Shown: in pieces, positions 16,802 to 26,085 of the stretch
Position numbering within the stretch: position 1 is the first letter of the stretch
Layout of the letters: every line of letters begins with the position of its first letter
Origin: Candidatus Cloacimonadota bacterium
Lineage (GTDB): Bacteria > Muiribacteriota > UBA6191 > JACPRK01
Reading direction: 5' to 3'
Assembly (NCBI GenBank): GCA_021772705.1
Contig: JAJFLN010000112.1
Coordinates: forward strand, 1-43,193
DNA length: 43,193 bases
The notes under the pieces: generated by a model
What the model was told of the DNA's origin: nothing
The model's database searches: none
Seen by the model: the letters and a program-made list of their open reading frames with translations, nothing else
Position numbers and translations under genes: made by a program

Positions 16802-19543
16802 TTAGAACCTGAATGAGAGAAGCTCGTCCTTGAGGCGGGCCAAGCGGTTGACCTTCTCTCGACGCTGGAAGCCAATGGCCTCCGCCAGGGCAGGCAGCAT
16901 CACGACGCAGGTCAGGAGACAAACACCGAGGCCCATCAGGATGATCTGTCCCAGACTCGAGAGTCCCCGGTTCTGAGCAATCGACAGGCTTCCGAGGGCC
17001 ACCATGGACGTCATGCAAGACAGCAGGATACTCTTGCCCGTGGATCGTACGGCCCCGACTGTCCCCTCTTCAGGGTGCTGGAGCAAGCGATGAAGAAGGT
17101 AGACACCGTAGGCCATGCCGAGACCCGTCAGAATGGGCAGAGAGACGAAGTTGGCCGGGTTGTAACGAACATCGAGGACCTTCATCATCCCCACTGTGGT
17201 GGCCAGGCTGATCAACAATGGCGTGAGAGCCAGCAGCGTGAGCCGAAGACTTCGAAAGTCGAGGAAGACCAGGATCACCACGGCGGTCAGGCTGTAGATC
17301 GTTGCCTGCTTGAATCCTCGGCGCAGCAGCAGCAGCACTTCGTCCAGGAGAATGGGAACACCTGTGGCCTCCGGGTCGACAGTCTGGGTCTCGGTGATGA
17401 ACTGATTGGCCTGACTCTCGACCCGAACATTCACTCTGGGAGAAACGAACAGAACGTATCGCCCGCTCTTGCCCCGGTAGCGCTTCCGAATTGACGGGGG
17501 GAGCCGGCTGGCGTCGAAAGGCTCGGCACCCAACATGGCCTGCAAGTCGGCGAATCCCTCGCTGAGGTCCTGAAACGCCCGTGCCTGGTACTCCTCGACC
17601 CGAGCCTTCCCCCCCCTGTTCAGTTCCTCCCCCAGGGCCAGGATGGCTGCCCGGGCAGCCAGCTCTGACCGATCTGCCTGAAGGACAACAGTGGCTTCAC
17701 TGGTGATGAGCAGTGGCAGCTTCAGGTTCTTGAGCCTGTCGGCAATCGCCTTGAGGTTGGACAGCAGCTTGTCTCCGTCCAAGTGCGAGGGCTGCTGGAA
17801 GTGAATGTCTTCGACTTCCTTCGCCATCCGTTTGAGAACGATCCGCGTCTCCCCCGGGAACTCGGGCAAGTAATCGCTGTAGCTGTCGATATCACCTATG
17901 GATGGGTGCCCTTGCAGGGCACGCTTCTTTGCTCGAGCTTCCTCGAGGGTAGCTGCCAGGACCATGTTGGTGTCGGGAGTGACCTCGAACTCCTTCTGCA
18001 TGATGGTCTCGTAGATGACCGCCTCTGTGTCCTCCGGCTCTAGGTTCTGGATGTTGTAGTCGAACTCCACTTGAAAGGCCTCGCCGGCCAGGACCAGAGC
18101 CAGGCAGACGAAGACGAGCAACACGACCATGGAGTTGCGAATGGAGAATCGGGCCACCTTCTCGAGAACCACCTCGACCCGGCTCGTACTGCTCGTCCCG
18201 AGGGAAGTGGCGAATCCACCCACGAGCTGGAGCAACACGGGCAGCAGGCAGAGCATGGAGATCATGCAGAACATGAGGCCCACGCCGGAGATCTGACCCA
18301 GCTCTTGAAATCCGGGAAACTCGGTGAGCATCAAGGTGGAGAAGCCTGCGCATGCCGTCAGGCCACCGGTCATCACGCCCGGGCCGGCCCCGCGGATGGC
18401 TCCCTCGACGGCTTCTGAAAGCATCAGCCCTTCCCGGCGTTTCTCGGCAAACTGGCTCACGATATAGATGCCGTAGTCGACACCCAGTCCCAGGAGCATG
18501 GAGACGAAAGCTGTGGTAATCAGGTTCAGATGTCCCGGTGAGATGGAAATGGCGCCGAAAGTCCAGATGATGGCCGAAAGCAGGCTGGCAATGGCGAGCA
18601 GCGGTAATCCGATTCCCCTGAATCCCCAGATGAAGACCAGAGACACTCCCACGAGGGAGAAAGTCGATGTGGTTTGCAGATCCTGGTGGACCGTGTCCCT
18701 CTGGGAGTAGATCAAGGCCGGTTGCCCTGCCAGTCCCACATCGATCCCGGGATACCTGGCCTGCAGCCTCTTGGCCACCTCGCGGCACTTCTCGTAGAAG
18801 GGGATGATGAAATCGAACTCGTCAGTCGAATCCGTGGGATGGATGGCGATGAGGATTCCGTTCTTCCGGGTCGACAGCTTCCAGCCGCCATCGGCGAAAG
18901 GATCGTTGTGGCCTTCGCCTCCGCCGCCGAGCCCGAAGAACTGGGTCCAGGGGATCGGGTCCGCCTCATCCCCCCGCGCTACCTGTGCCAGCCGGATGCA
19001 GACCTCCTCGATGAAGGTGAAGAAGCCCTCGATTTCCTCTGGCTCTGATGGTTCTTCCTTCTGGAGTTCCTTCAGAAAGACGTCAGTGAGACTCACGAAT
19101 CCAGGACTGCTGGCCAGGGTCTGCAAGTTCGGCTTGCCCTCGATGAGACCCTTCTCGAGACCCTTCAGCTTCGACTGAGACAGGAAGTAGAGCTGCTGGT
19201 TCTCGTAGAGCTTGGGGTCCAGGCGATATTCGACCTCGCTGACCAGTTTGGGAAATGCCCTCAGTTCCCGATCGAGTTCGAGGGCGAACTGCTTGGCTTT
19301 ATCAAGCTCCGGTCCTCTTACGATGACGAAAAGATAGGCGTGGATGTCGAAATCGTCGGTGAAGTCGATCCAGCGGCGTACCACTGGGTTGCCCTTGGGC
19401 AACATGTCTATCTGGCTGCTCTTGAGCTCCACTTTGCCTGCGGCGGGCAAGCTGATGACCAAGGCGGCCACTGCGACGAGCAGGATCAGGAAGGGGGCTC
19501 GCTGAACTCCTGCCAGGATTAGATTGAGTAGCCGCTCACGCAT
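16802..19543 (-). CDS. MMPL / RND-superfamily transporter (HpnN-like lipid exporter), paralogue of 9371..12082
   Basis: 913 aa with the same architecture. GVDYGIYIVSQF and GLGMAYGVYLLHRL motifs. Starts 15 nt downstream of the hydrolase stop. Confidence 0.8.
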   Translation of the reverse strand: MRERLLNLILAGVQRAPFLILLVAVAALVISLPAAGKVELKSSQIDMLPKGNPVVRRWIDFTDDFDIHAYLFVIVRGPELDKAKQFALELDRELRAFPKLVSEVEYRLDPKLYENQQLYFLSQSKLKGLEKGLIEGKPNLQTLASSPGFVSLTDVFLKELQKEEPSEPEEIEGFFTFIEEVCIRLAQVARGDEADPIPWTQFFGLGGGGEGHNDPFADGGWKLSTRKNGILIAIHPTDSTDEFDFIIPFYEKCREVAKRLQARYPGIDVGLAGQPALIYSQRDTVHQDLQTTSTFSLVGVSLVFIWGFRGIGLPLLAIASLLSAIIWTFGAISISPGHLNLITTAFVSMLLGLGVDYGIYIVSQFAEKRREGLMLSEAVEGAIRGAGPGVMTGGLTACAGFSTLMLTEFPGFQELGQISGVGLMFCMISMLCLLPVLLQLVGGFATSLGTSSTSRVEVVLEKVARFSIRNSMVVLLVFVCLALVLAGEAFQVEFDYNIQNLEPEDTEAVIYETIMQKEFEVTPDTNMVLAATLEEARAKKRALQGHPSIGDIDSYSDYLPEFPGETRIVLKRMAKEVEDIHFQQPSHLDGDKLLSNLKAIADRLKNLKLPLLITSEATVVLQADRSELAARAAILALGEELNRGGKARVEEYQARAFQDLSEGFADLQAMLGAEPFDASRLPPSIRKRYRGKSGRYVLFVSPRVNVRVESQANQFITETQTVDPEATGVPILLDEVLLLLRRGFKQATIYSLTAVVILVFLDFRSLRLTLLALTPLLISLATTVGMMKVLDVRYNPANFVSLPILTGLGMAYGVYLLHRLLQHPEEGTVGAVRSTGKSILLSCMTSMVALGSLSIAQNRGLSSLGQIILMGLGVCLLTCVVMLPALAEAIGFQRREKVNRLARLKDELLSFRF

Positions 19544-19558
19544 CGTGAAACCATGAGC

Positions 19559-20689
19559 TCAAGGCTCGACCGATCCGTAGCCAGGAGGGGGGAGCCGGGG
19601 GCTCTCCTCCTTCGGAGGCTGGGGACTCACCGCCGGAAATGTACGAGGGATCGGCTTCTGCCTGAATGCGGTTCGAGTGCCTTGGCAGGTGAAGTCCTCC
19701 GTCAGCCGTACCGGAGGCGGGGGCACCGGTCCGGGACTGGCATCGAACCACTGGAGAAGCCGGCGGCGAAACTCGGTTGCCTGCTTCCGGGAGCCGGCCA
19801 GGTGACCTGCTCTGGGGACAATCCAGACCTGGTTGGGGCCGGGGAAGGCGCTCAAAATACCCTGTCTGTGCTGGGAGCTGATGAGGGAGTCTCGTTCGCC
19901 GTAAATGAACAGGGCTCGCCGATCCTGGAGGCCGGCCATCCTGCTCTCCAGATCGGGGAATGTGGAAGCCTCCCGAATCTGGGAATCCACCACGATCAGG
20001 TGGGCGACCATCCGGAGGAAGAAGTCAGGCATCCGCTCCACCAGCTTCTCGGGGATGTAGATCCGGGCCCATCGGCGCATGTAGGCGAAGATTGTTCCCA
20101 GGGTGCTCGACATTCCCTCGCAAGCCAGGCTTCTCAGCCAAGGGTGGGAAGGAGCTGCCATGAACATCGCCGAGGCTCCCTTGGAAGCTCCAAACCCGTG
20201 GACTTCCCAGCCTTCGTGGCTGGCCCGATCCCGGATATAACAGAGTGCGGCATCGGCGTCGCCAACCTCTACCTCCGTTGCCCACTTATGAACTCGAAAG
20301 TCACGAGTGGTCTCACTGGCACCGCAGCCTCGGAAGTCGAAGGTGAAGACATGATAGCCCGCCTCAGGGAAGCTGAGGAGATAGCGAGACCAGGCGGAGC
20401 CGCTGGCGCCGTATTCATGAAAGAAGACGATAACCTTGCGGGTCGGCTGAAGAGAGCGGATCAACCATCCCCTGAGTCTCACGCCGTCGCGACTGAGGAA
20501 ATGAACATCCGGTTCTCTCTCGGCCCGCAGCGGCTCCGTGGGAGGTGCGTCCTCCGGTTCGGCTCTGAGGATGACCATGGGGTGGTCCAGGAAGAGCCCC
20601 ACCATGAACCGGATGAGCCAGCAGGTGAAATAGACAGCCGACAGGGCCAGGAGGCTTGCGATGGCCAGAAGAGAGAGGGCGGCTGTCAT
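19559..20689 (-). CDS. Membrane-anchored alpha/beta-fold hydrolase
   Basis: N-terminal TM region LSLLAIASLLALSAVYFTCWLI. Nucleophile elbow GASKG, plus GERD and AGHL as candidate Asp/His. Confidence 0.7.
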   Translation of the reverse strand: MTAALSLLAIASLLALSAVYFTCWLIRFMVGLFLDHPMVILRAEPEDAPPTEPLRAEREPDVHFLSRDGVRLRGWLIRSLQPTRKVIVFFHEYGASGSAWSRYLLSFPEAGYHVFTFDFRGCGASETTRDFRVHKWATEVEVGDADAALCYIRDRASHEGWEVHGFGASKGASAMFMAAPSHPWLRSLACEGMSSTLGTIFAYMRRWARIYIPEKLVERMPDFFLRMVAHLIVVDSQIREASTFPDLESRMAGLQDRRALFIYGERDSLISSQHRQGILSAFPGPNQVWIVPRAGHLAGSRKQATEFRRRLLQWFDASPGPVPPPPVRLTEDFTCQGTRTAFRQKPIPRTFPAVSPQPPKEESPRLPPPGYGSVEP

Positions 20690-20735
20690 CAGGAAGACTC
20701 TTTAATCCATCGAGGCTTTCAGGGCCAGGGGTTTG

Positions 20736-22034
20736 TCAATCCTGAAAGCGTCGGACAACGAGGGCCACGTTCTGTCCACCGAAACCGAAGCTGTTGGACA
20801 GGACCGTATCGACGGACATCTCCCGAGGCGTGTTGGGGACGTAGTCGAGATCACATTCTGGATCAGGGGTCTCGTAGTTGATGGTGGCAGGAATGACTCC
20901 CCTGCTGATGGTGAGGCACGAGACGGCCAGCTCCACGGCGCCTGTGGCGGCGATGAGATGGCCCAGGCTGGACTTGATGCTGCTGACCGGGATCTTGCTG
21001 GCCCGGTCTCGGAAGACGGTCTTGATGGCCAGGGTCTCGATCTTGTCATTGCTGGCTGTCGAGGTACCGTGAGCATTGATGTAGTCGATCTGTTCCGGGT
21101 CCAGCTCGGCATCCTCCAGGGCCCTGCGGATGGCCACGACTCCGCCGATGGCCTCGGGATGCGGATCCGTGACACGGAAGGCATCTGACGACGGTCCGTA
21201 ACCAACCAGCTCGGCGTGAATGCGGGCTCCTCGCTTGCGGGCGTGTTCGAGCTCCTCCATGACCAGGATGCCTGCGCCCTCTCCGAGAATGAAGCCGTCA
21301 CGCTCGGCGTCGAAGGGCCGGCTGGCGGCTTCCGGGTCCTCGTTGCGGGTCGACAGGGCGTTCAGCAGGGAGAACCCGGTTAGCCCCAGGGGAGTGATCA
21401 TGGAGTGGCTTCCGCCACAGAGAACCGTGTCCGTCTCTCCCCACTGGATGCTCCGCATAGCATCACCGATGGCCTGGCTGCCGGCAGCACAGGAGGTAAG
21501 ACAGGTGCAGCTCGGGCCCCGGGCCTCATACATCGTTGCCAGCAGTACTGCCGCCCGGGAAGGCTCGGCCTCGATCTCCAGGGTCGGGGGCACGCTTGCC
21601 TGAGCGGCACTCCAGAACTTCTCGAGGTTGAGGGTCTCTCCGTTCTCGATGCTCTTCTCCACTACCGGGACGAGGTAGTCGAGATCACTGAGGCCAGTTC
21701 CCTTACCGGCGCCGAGGAAGACTCCCAGGCGATCGTGATCGATGCTGGCTTCCACCAGCCCTGAATCTTCCCAGGCCATCCTGGCGGCGGTGGTGGCGAA
21801 GCGGGTGTGCTTCTGGACCGATTCGGGCAGGGTATGGCCCTCGGGCAGGTAGCTGTCAGCGTCGTACTCCGGAACCTCGGCGGCGATCTGTGTCTTGAAG
21901 CTCGAGGAGTCGAAGCATCGGATCTTGCCCACACCGGACTTGCCGGCCAACAGGGCGTCCCAGTTGTGCTGGACCCCAGGGCCCAGTGGCGTCACCATGC
22001 CCAGGCCGGTGATGACGACTCGCCGTCGGGACAT
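20736..22034 (-). CDS. Beta-ketoacyl-ACP synthase, KAS I/II (FabF-like)
   Basis: Active-site Cys LTSCAAG and both His motifs (NAHGTST, GHLIAATG). The start overlaps the upstream KS stop (TGATG). Confidence 0.85.
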   Translation of the reverse strand: MSRRRVVITGLGMVTPLGPGVQHNWDALLAGKSGVGKIRCFDSSSFKTQIAAEVPEYDADSYLPEGHTLPESVQKHTRFATTAARMAWEDSGLVEASIDHDRLGVFLGAGKGTGLSDLDYLVPVVEKSIENGETLNLEKFWSAAQASVPPTLEIEAEPSRAAVLLATMYEARGPSCTCLTSCAAGSQAIGDAMRSIQWGETDTVLCGGSHSMITPLGLTGFSLLNALSTRNEDPEAASRPFDAERDGFILGEGAGILVMEELEHARKRGARIHAELVGYGPSSDAFRVTDPHPEAIGGVVAIRRALEDAELDPEQIDYINAHGTSTASNDKIETLAIKTVFRDRASKIPVSSIKSSLGHLIAATGAVELAVSCLTISRGVIPATINYETPDPECDLDYVPNTPREMSVDTVLSNSFGFGGQNVALVVRRFQD

Positions 22035-23368
22035 CAGCTGCCCACCTCGTTGTCCTGGCTCTCCCCGACCGATTCACTCCAGTCGCGGAGAATCACGGCG
22101 GCGTTCTGTCCGCCGAAGCCGAAGCTGTTGGACAGGGCCGTGGTGAGCTCGGCACGCCTGGGCTCATTGGGCACATAGTCCAGGTCGCACTCGGGATCCT
22201 TGTTTTCGTAGTTGATCGTTGGCGGGATGATGTTCTCGTTCAAGGCCTTCATGGTAGCCACGAACTGGGCTGCGCCCGACGCGGCGCCGAGATGTCCGAT
22301 CATGGACTTGATGGCGCTGACCGGAACCCGGTACGCCTGTTCGCCGAAGACCTGCTTGATGGCCACGGTCTCGACCCGGTCGTTCTGCTGTGTCGAGGTT
22401 CCGTGGGCGCTGATCATGTCGATGTCGCTCACGTCGAGGGAGGCGTCGCGGAGGGCCAGCTGCATGGCCCGGATGCCGCCTCGTCCATCGGGATGGAGGT
22501 CCGTGACCCGGTAGCTGTCGGCGGCGGCGCCGTATCCCAGAACCTCTCCGAGGATGGTCGCGCCTCTGTTGCGAGCGTGGTCCAGGTCTTCCAGGACCAC
22601 CACTCCGGCGCCCTCGCCGATAATGAAACCGTCCCGTTTGGCGTCGAAGGGGCGGCTGGCCCGCTTCGGCTCGTCGTTACGCCTGGTCAGAGCGCCCAGG
22701 AGGCTGTAGCCCGTGAGCCCCAACGGTTCGATCCGGGAGTCGCTGCCTCCAGTAAGCATCACCTCTGCCTCACCTCGGGCGATGGAGCGGTAAGCTTCGC
22801 CGATTGCCTGAGTACCGGAAGCGCAGGCCGTGGTGATCGTGTTCGACGTGCCCTGGGCGTTGTAGAGAATCGAGATGTGGCCCGCGACCATGTTCGGCAG
22901 GTGCTTCAGGAGGGAGAGGGGAAACAGCTGGTCCTTCCCTTCCCGGGCAAACCGATTGATGTCGAACTGGCCGCTGTCATCGAGGGAGGCGATGATGGCG
23001 CCGGAGAGTTCGAAGAGGTTCGAGTTCACGATTCCGGCGCCCATGATGACGCCGATCCGGGTGGGATCCTCGGAATCGAGGTCGATGCCGGAGCTCTCGA
23101 CAGCCATCTTGGCCGATGCGATTGCGAACTGGATATTCTTGCCCATGAGCTTCAGGGCCTTGGGCTTCTTGACGTAATTCCGGCCGTTGAAGTCCTTGAC
23201 CTCGGCTCCGATGTGGGTCGGGAAAGAGCCGGCATCGAAGGACTTGATGGTATCGACGCCCGACTGTCCTTCCAGCAGGGACTTCCAGAAGTCCTGGACT
23301 CCAATCCCAACAGGTGTCACGGCGCCCATGCCGGTGACCACGACCCGGCGTCTGGCGAGCTTCTCCAA
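22034..23368 (-). CDS. Beta-ketoacyl-ACP synthase, KAS I/II (FabF-like)
   Basis: TTACASG Cys, SAHGTST, GHLGAASG. TTG start at 23368 (read from sequence) with AAGGAGG about 8 nt upstream. Confidence 0.85.
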   Translation of the reverse strand: MEKLARRRVVVTGMGAVTPVGIGVQDFWKSLLEGQSGVDTIKSFDAGSFPTHIGAEVKDFNGRNYVKKPKALKLMGKNIQFAIASAKMAVESSGIDLDSEDPTRIGVIMGAGIVNSNLFELSGAIIASLDDSGQFDINRFAREGKDQLFPLSLLKHLPNMVAGHISILYNAQGTSNTITTACASGTQAIGEAYRSIARGEAEVMLTGGSDSRIEPLGLTGYSLLGALTRRNDEPKRASRPFDAKRDGFIIGEGAGVVVLEDLDHARNRGATILGEVLGYGAAADSYRVTDLHPDGRGGIRAMQLALRDASLDVSDIDMISAHGTSTQQNDRVETVAIKQVFGEQAYRVPVSAIKSMIGHLGAASGAAQFVATMKALNENIIPPTINYENKDPECDLDYVPNEPRRAELTTALSNSFGFGGQNAAVILRDWSESVGESQDNEVGS

Positions 23369-23391
23369 AACGATGTTCCTCCTTCTTCCGC

Positions 23392-23889
23392 CTAGCAGAT
23401 TCCCGCCGGCATAGCTCCTTTGAGAACTTCCGGTACTCCCAGAGCCCTGAGGCTGGTCGAACGGGCCCGGGCGAACTCGGGGGTGTCGAAGACGGCACCC
23501 TCCGCCTGAGCCAGGTCGAGAGCCGTGAAGAGCCCGGTCATGCGGCCGACCTCCTCATCGCCGACGAGGGCATGTGTCTCCATCCGGCAATGACCCTCCA
23601 TACGCTCCAGGAAGCGGGCACACAGCTCCACCCGATCCCCGGGACGGATCAGTCCGGGGAAGACAGCTTCCTCGATCTTGGCGAAGACGGTCTTTCGCTG
23701 GAAGTCGAACGTCGCGGCGATGAGCATTCCGGCTGTCTGGGCCAGGGACTCCATCAGGAGCGCGCTCGAATAAACGGTCTCGAGACTCGATGCGGGATAG
23801 TAGTCGAGTCCGAGGGGTACATTCTTGTACGCCACGGCGGTCTCGCCCTTGATGAGCTCCGCATATCTGTCGACCAGGACGTACTTCAT
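23392..23889 (-). CDS. Hotdog-fold FabA/FabZ-like protein lacking the canonical catalytic His motif
   Basis: LLMESLAQTAGML aligns to the FabZ central helix. The preceding segment reads DYYPASSLETVYSS where FabZ has HFxxxPVMPG. ATG 23889 with GAGG 8 nt upstream (the ORF track extends to 23928). Confidence 0.65.
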   Translation of the reverse strand: MKYVLVDRYAELIKGETAVAYKNVPLGLDYYPASSLETVYSSALLMESLAQTAGMLIAATFDFQRKTVFAKIEEAVFPGLIRPGDRVELCARFLERMEGHCRMETHALVGDEEVGRMTGLFTALDLAQAEGAVFDTPEFARARSTSLRALGVPEVLKGAMPAGIC

Positions 23890-23899
23890 GATTGATGCC

Positions 23900-24655
23900 T
23901 CAAATGTTCGGGGCCAGCCCGAGCCCACCGTCCACCACGAAGATCTGCCCCGTGATGTAGGCCGCCTGTTCGGAGGCCAGGAAAGCCACCATACCTGCCA
24001 CGTCTTCGGGTTGACCGAACCGCTTCAGGGGAATCTTGTCGAGGTATTTGTCTCCGTGACGCTTACGTAGATCCTCGGTCAGCTCTGTCACGATCATCCC
24101 GGGAGCCACGGCGTTGACCGTGATACCTTTGGACGCGAACTCCAGTGAGATGGCTCGGGTGAACCCGTTGATGGCGGCCTTGGAGGCCACGTAGTTCGCT
24201 TTGCCCTTGCCGCCCCTCTCGCCCACGATGGAGCTGAGGTTGATGATCCTGCCCTTGCGAGCCAGCATCATCCCCCGGGCGGCGGCCCGGGTGCAGTTGT
24301 AGGTGCCGCCCACGTTCACGTTCATGACCCGATCCAGGGAGCCCCGGTCCAGGGAGAGCATGAGGCCGTCCTCATGAATGCCGGCGTTGTTCACCAGGAG
24401 CTGGACGTCCCCCAGCTTAGCGGCGATCTCCTCCATCATGTCCTGGACTTGCTGCTCCACAGCCACGTCGCCCCGGACTGCCATGCCCTTGCCCCCACGG
24501 GAGCGAATGATCTCCAGGACCTCCTCGGCGGCCAAGGCGGAGTGGTTGTAATTGATGGCAACAGCGGCGCCCCGGGAAGCAAGCTCCAGGGCGATGGCCC
24601 TGCCGATTCCCCTGGAGCCACCCGTTACGAGGGCCACGTCTCCGGCGAGCTTCAT
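23900..24655 (-). CDS. fabG: 3-oxoacyl-ACP reductase (SDR family)
   Basis: TGGSRGIGRAIA, NNAG, catalytic YVASKAA. 4-nt overlap with the upstream gene. Confidence 0.85.
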   Translation of the reverse strand: MKLAGDVALVTGGSRGIGRAIALELASRGAAVAINYNHSALAAEEVLEIIRSRGGKGMAVRGDVAVEQQVQDMMEEIAAKLGDVQLLVNNAGIHEDGLMLSLDRGSLDRVMNVNVGGTYNCTRAAARGMMLARKGRIINLSSIVGERGGKGKANYVASKAAINGFTRAISLEFASKGITVNAVAPGMIVTELTEDLRKRHGDKYLDKIPLKRFGQPEDVAGMVAFLASEQAAYITGQIFVVDGGLGLAPNI

Positions 24656-25140
24656 GCCCGGGTCTCCTGCTCGGAGGCGGTCAACAACTCCGGCCCTCCC
24701 AGGATGGCGAAGGTCTCATCGAGCTGGTCCAGACCGCGCTTGATGCGGGGGATGCCGCAGTCGAGAGGCCGATGACCGAGCTCGAAGCGGGCCGAGCCGA
24801 CCTTCTTGCCTTCGATGTGAAGAGTCCCCTTGTAGCGCGAATCGTTCAGCTTTTCGACGGTGATTTCCAGGACGCTTCCAGGCCGGACGTAGTCCGAGAA
24901 GACGGCTCTCTCCAGTCTGGCCAGAGGAAAGTCAGCCACCGGGAATCCTTCCTCTGCTCGCTTCAGCCACTGAGCGCTCTGCACCATCGATTCCACCATC
25001 AAGGCTCCCGGCATCAAGGGAAAGCCGGCGAAGTGATCCTCGAAGTGAGGCTCGCCGTAGCTCGGTGCCTTGATGGCCCGGACCCGGTCCGGTGGAGACA
25101 GCTCGATGAGTCTGTCGATCGAATGGAGTGGAAGTGCCAT
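24652..25140 (-). CDS. 3-hydroxyacyl-ACP dehydratase, FabZ-like
   Basis: Canonical PHFEDHFAGFPLMPGALMVESMVQ motif. I prefer ATG 25140 (MALPLHSIDR) over the extended ORF start at 25206. Confidence 0.75.
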   Translation of the reverse strand: MALPLHSIDRLIELSPPDRVRAIKAPSYGEPHFEDHFAGFPLMPGALMVESMVQSAQWLKRAEEGFPVADFPLARLERAVFSDYVRPGSVLEITVEKLNDSRYKGTLHIEGKKVGSARFELGHRPLDCGIPRIKRGLDQLDETFAILGGPELLTASEQETRA

Positions 25141-25221
25141 GACTCGGAAGGAAAACAGAGTAAAGGAAAGACGTCCGGAGGAGCGCCGGGAGCGGAATTC
25201 TATCAAGAGAGAGCCGTCTGC

Positions 25222-25470
25222 TCAAGCTATTTCTACGCATCCACGGGCATTCTGGGTTGTTCGGAGGCGCTGCGGAAAGGCATGATCCCTCGGGTCTCCC
25301 AGGGACCTCTGAAACTGCCGGGAATAGAGGAAGCGAGCCCGTCCTGGTTGGACGAGCCCGCGATGTGTGCCGCACTTGATACGGCGAAGAACCTCGGAGG
25401 GGTTGTTCGTCCGCGCCACCTGGACACCGTCGACGAGAACCCTTCCGTCCTCGTGAATCTCGACTCTCAT
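25222..25470 (-). CDS. Hypothetical small protein (82 aa)
   Basis: ATG 25470 is preceded by GGGAGG at 8-nt spacing, 25 nt after the rsmD stop. The N-terminal 35 aa look protein-like (MRVEIHEDGRVLVDGVQVARTNNPSEVLRRIK). The Arg-rich tail is less convincing. No recognisable motif. Confidence 0.35.
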   Translation of the reverse strand: MRVEIHEDGRVLVDGVQVARTNNPSEVLRRIKCGTHRGLVQPGRARFLYSRQFQRSLGDPRDHAFPQRLRTTQNARGCVEIA

Positions 25471-25494
25471 GGAGATCACCTCCCGATGGACTAG

Positions 25495-26085
25495 CTATCG
25501 GTCATCCCGGTCTGCTTCATGAGAGGCCTTCTCATCGTCTGTCTCTTCGCGAGGACGGTAGAAGCTGAGGCTCGTGCCTCCATAGTGCCGGGAATCGGTT
25601 CGATGGAGGCTGCCGGCGACATCGGGAGCCGGCTGTTGGCGCTCGTGTTCCAGGATCAGGAGCCCGCCTGGCTTGAGGAGGTCTCTGGCCGTGAGGGTCT
25701 CGAGGATCGAGACAGGGCTCATATGATAGGGCGGATCCGCGAAGACGTAGTCGAACTGCTCCTTCGTGGTCTCGACGAACAGGGCGGCCTTCTTCTGCTC
25801 AAGCACCCAGCTGGTCCTGTCCGGAAGCTGCTCCAGGTTCTTCCGGATCGTCCAGCAGGCCGATCCTGACACCTCTACCCAGACCACCCGACCGGCTCCA
25901 CGGCTCATGGCCTCGATGCCGACGGCGCCGCTGCCGGCGAAGACATCGGCGAAGGAGACGGACTCGTCCAGGGGGCCGAGCACATTGAAAAGGGCCTCTC
26001 TGACCCGATCTGACGTGGGCCGGAACCGCCCCCCGGAGGGTCCGTTGAGGCGCCGGCGACCGTACTTCCCCGCCACAATCCTCAC
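25495..26085 (-). CDS. rsmD: 16S rRNA (guanine966-N2)-methyltransferase RsmD
   Basis: VRIVAGKYGRRRL...RPTSDRVREALFN...FAGSGAVGIEAMSRGA...FADPPY. GTG 26085 with GGAG 7 nt upstream. The 316-aa track ORF is an upstream over-extension. Confidence 0.85.
   Translation of the reverse strand: MRIVAGKYGRRRLNGPSGGRFRPTSDRVREALFNVLGPLDESVSFADVFAGSGAVGIEAMSRGAGRVVWVEVSGSACWTIRKNLEQLPDRTSWVLEQKKAALFVETTKEQFDYVFADPPYHMSPVSILETLTARDLLKPGGLLILEHERQQPAPDVAGSLHRTDSRHYGGTSLSFYRPREETDDEKASHEADRDDR

Noticed and set aside
20736-23368. KS/CLF (chain-length factor) heterodimer interpretation of the two ketosynthases
   Set aside because: Both proteins retain the active-site Cys (TACASG and TSCAAG) and both His motifs. 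A classical CLF lacking the Cys is therefore not present.
25141-25494. Search for an acyl carrier protein gene at the head of the KS/KR/DH cluster
   Set aside because: No frame on either strand gives an ACP-like ~80-aa acidic protein with a DSL/DSx phosphopantetheine motif. The only SD-preceded ORF here (25222..25470) is basic and has no such motif.
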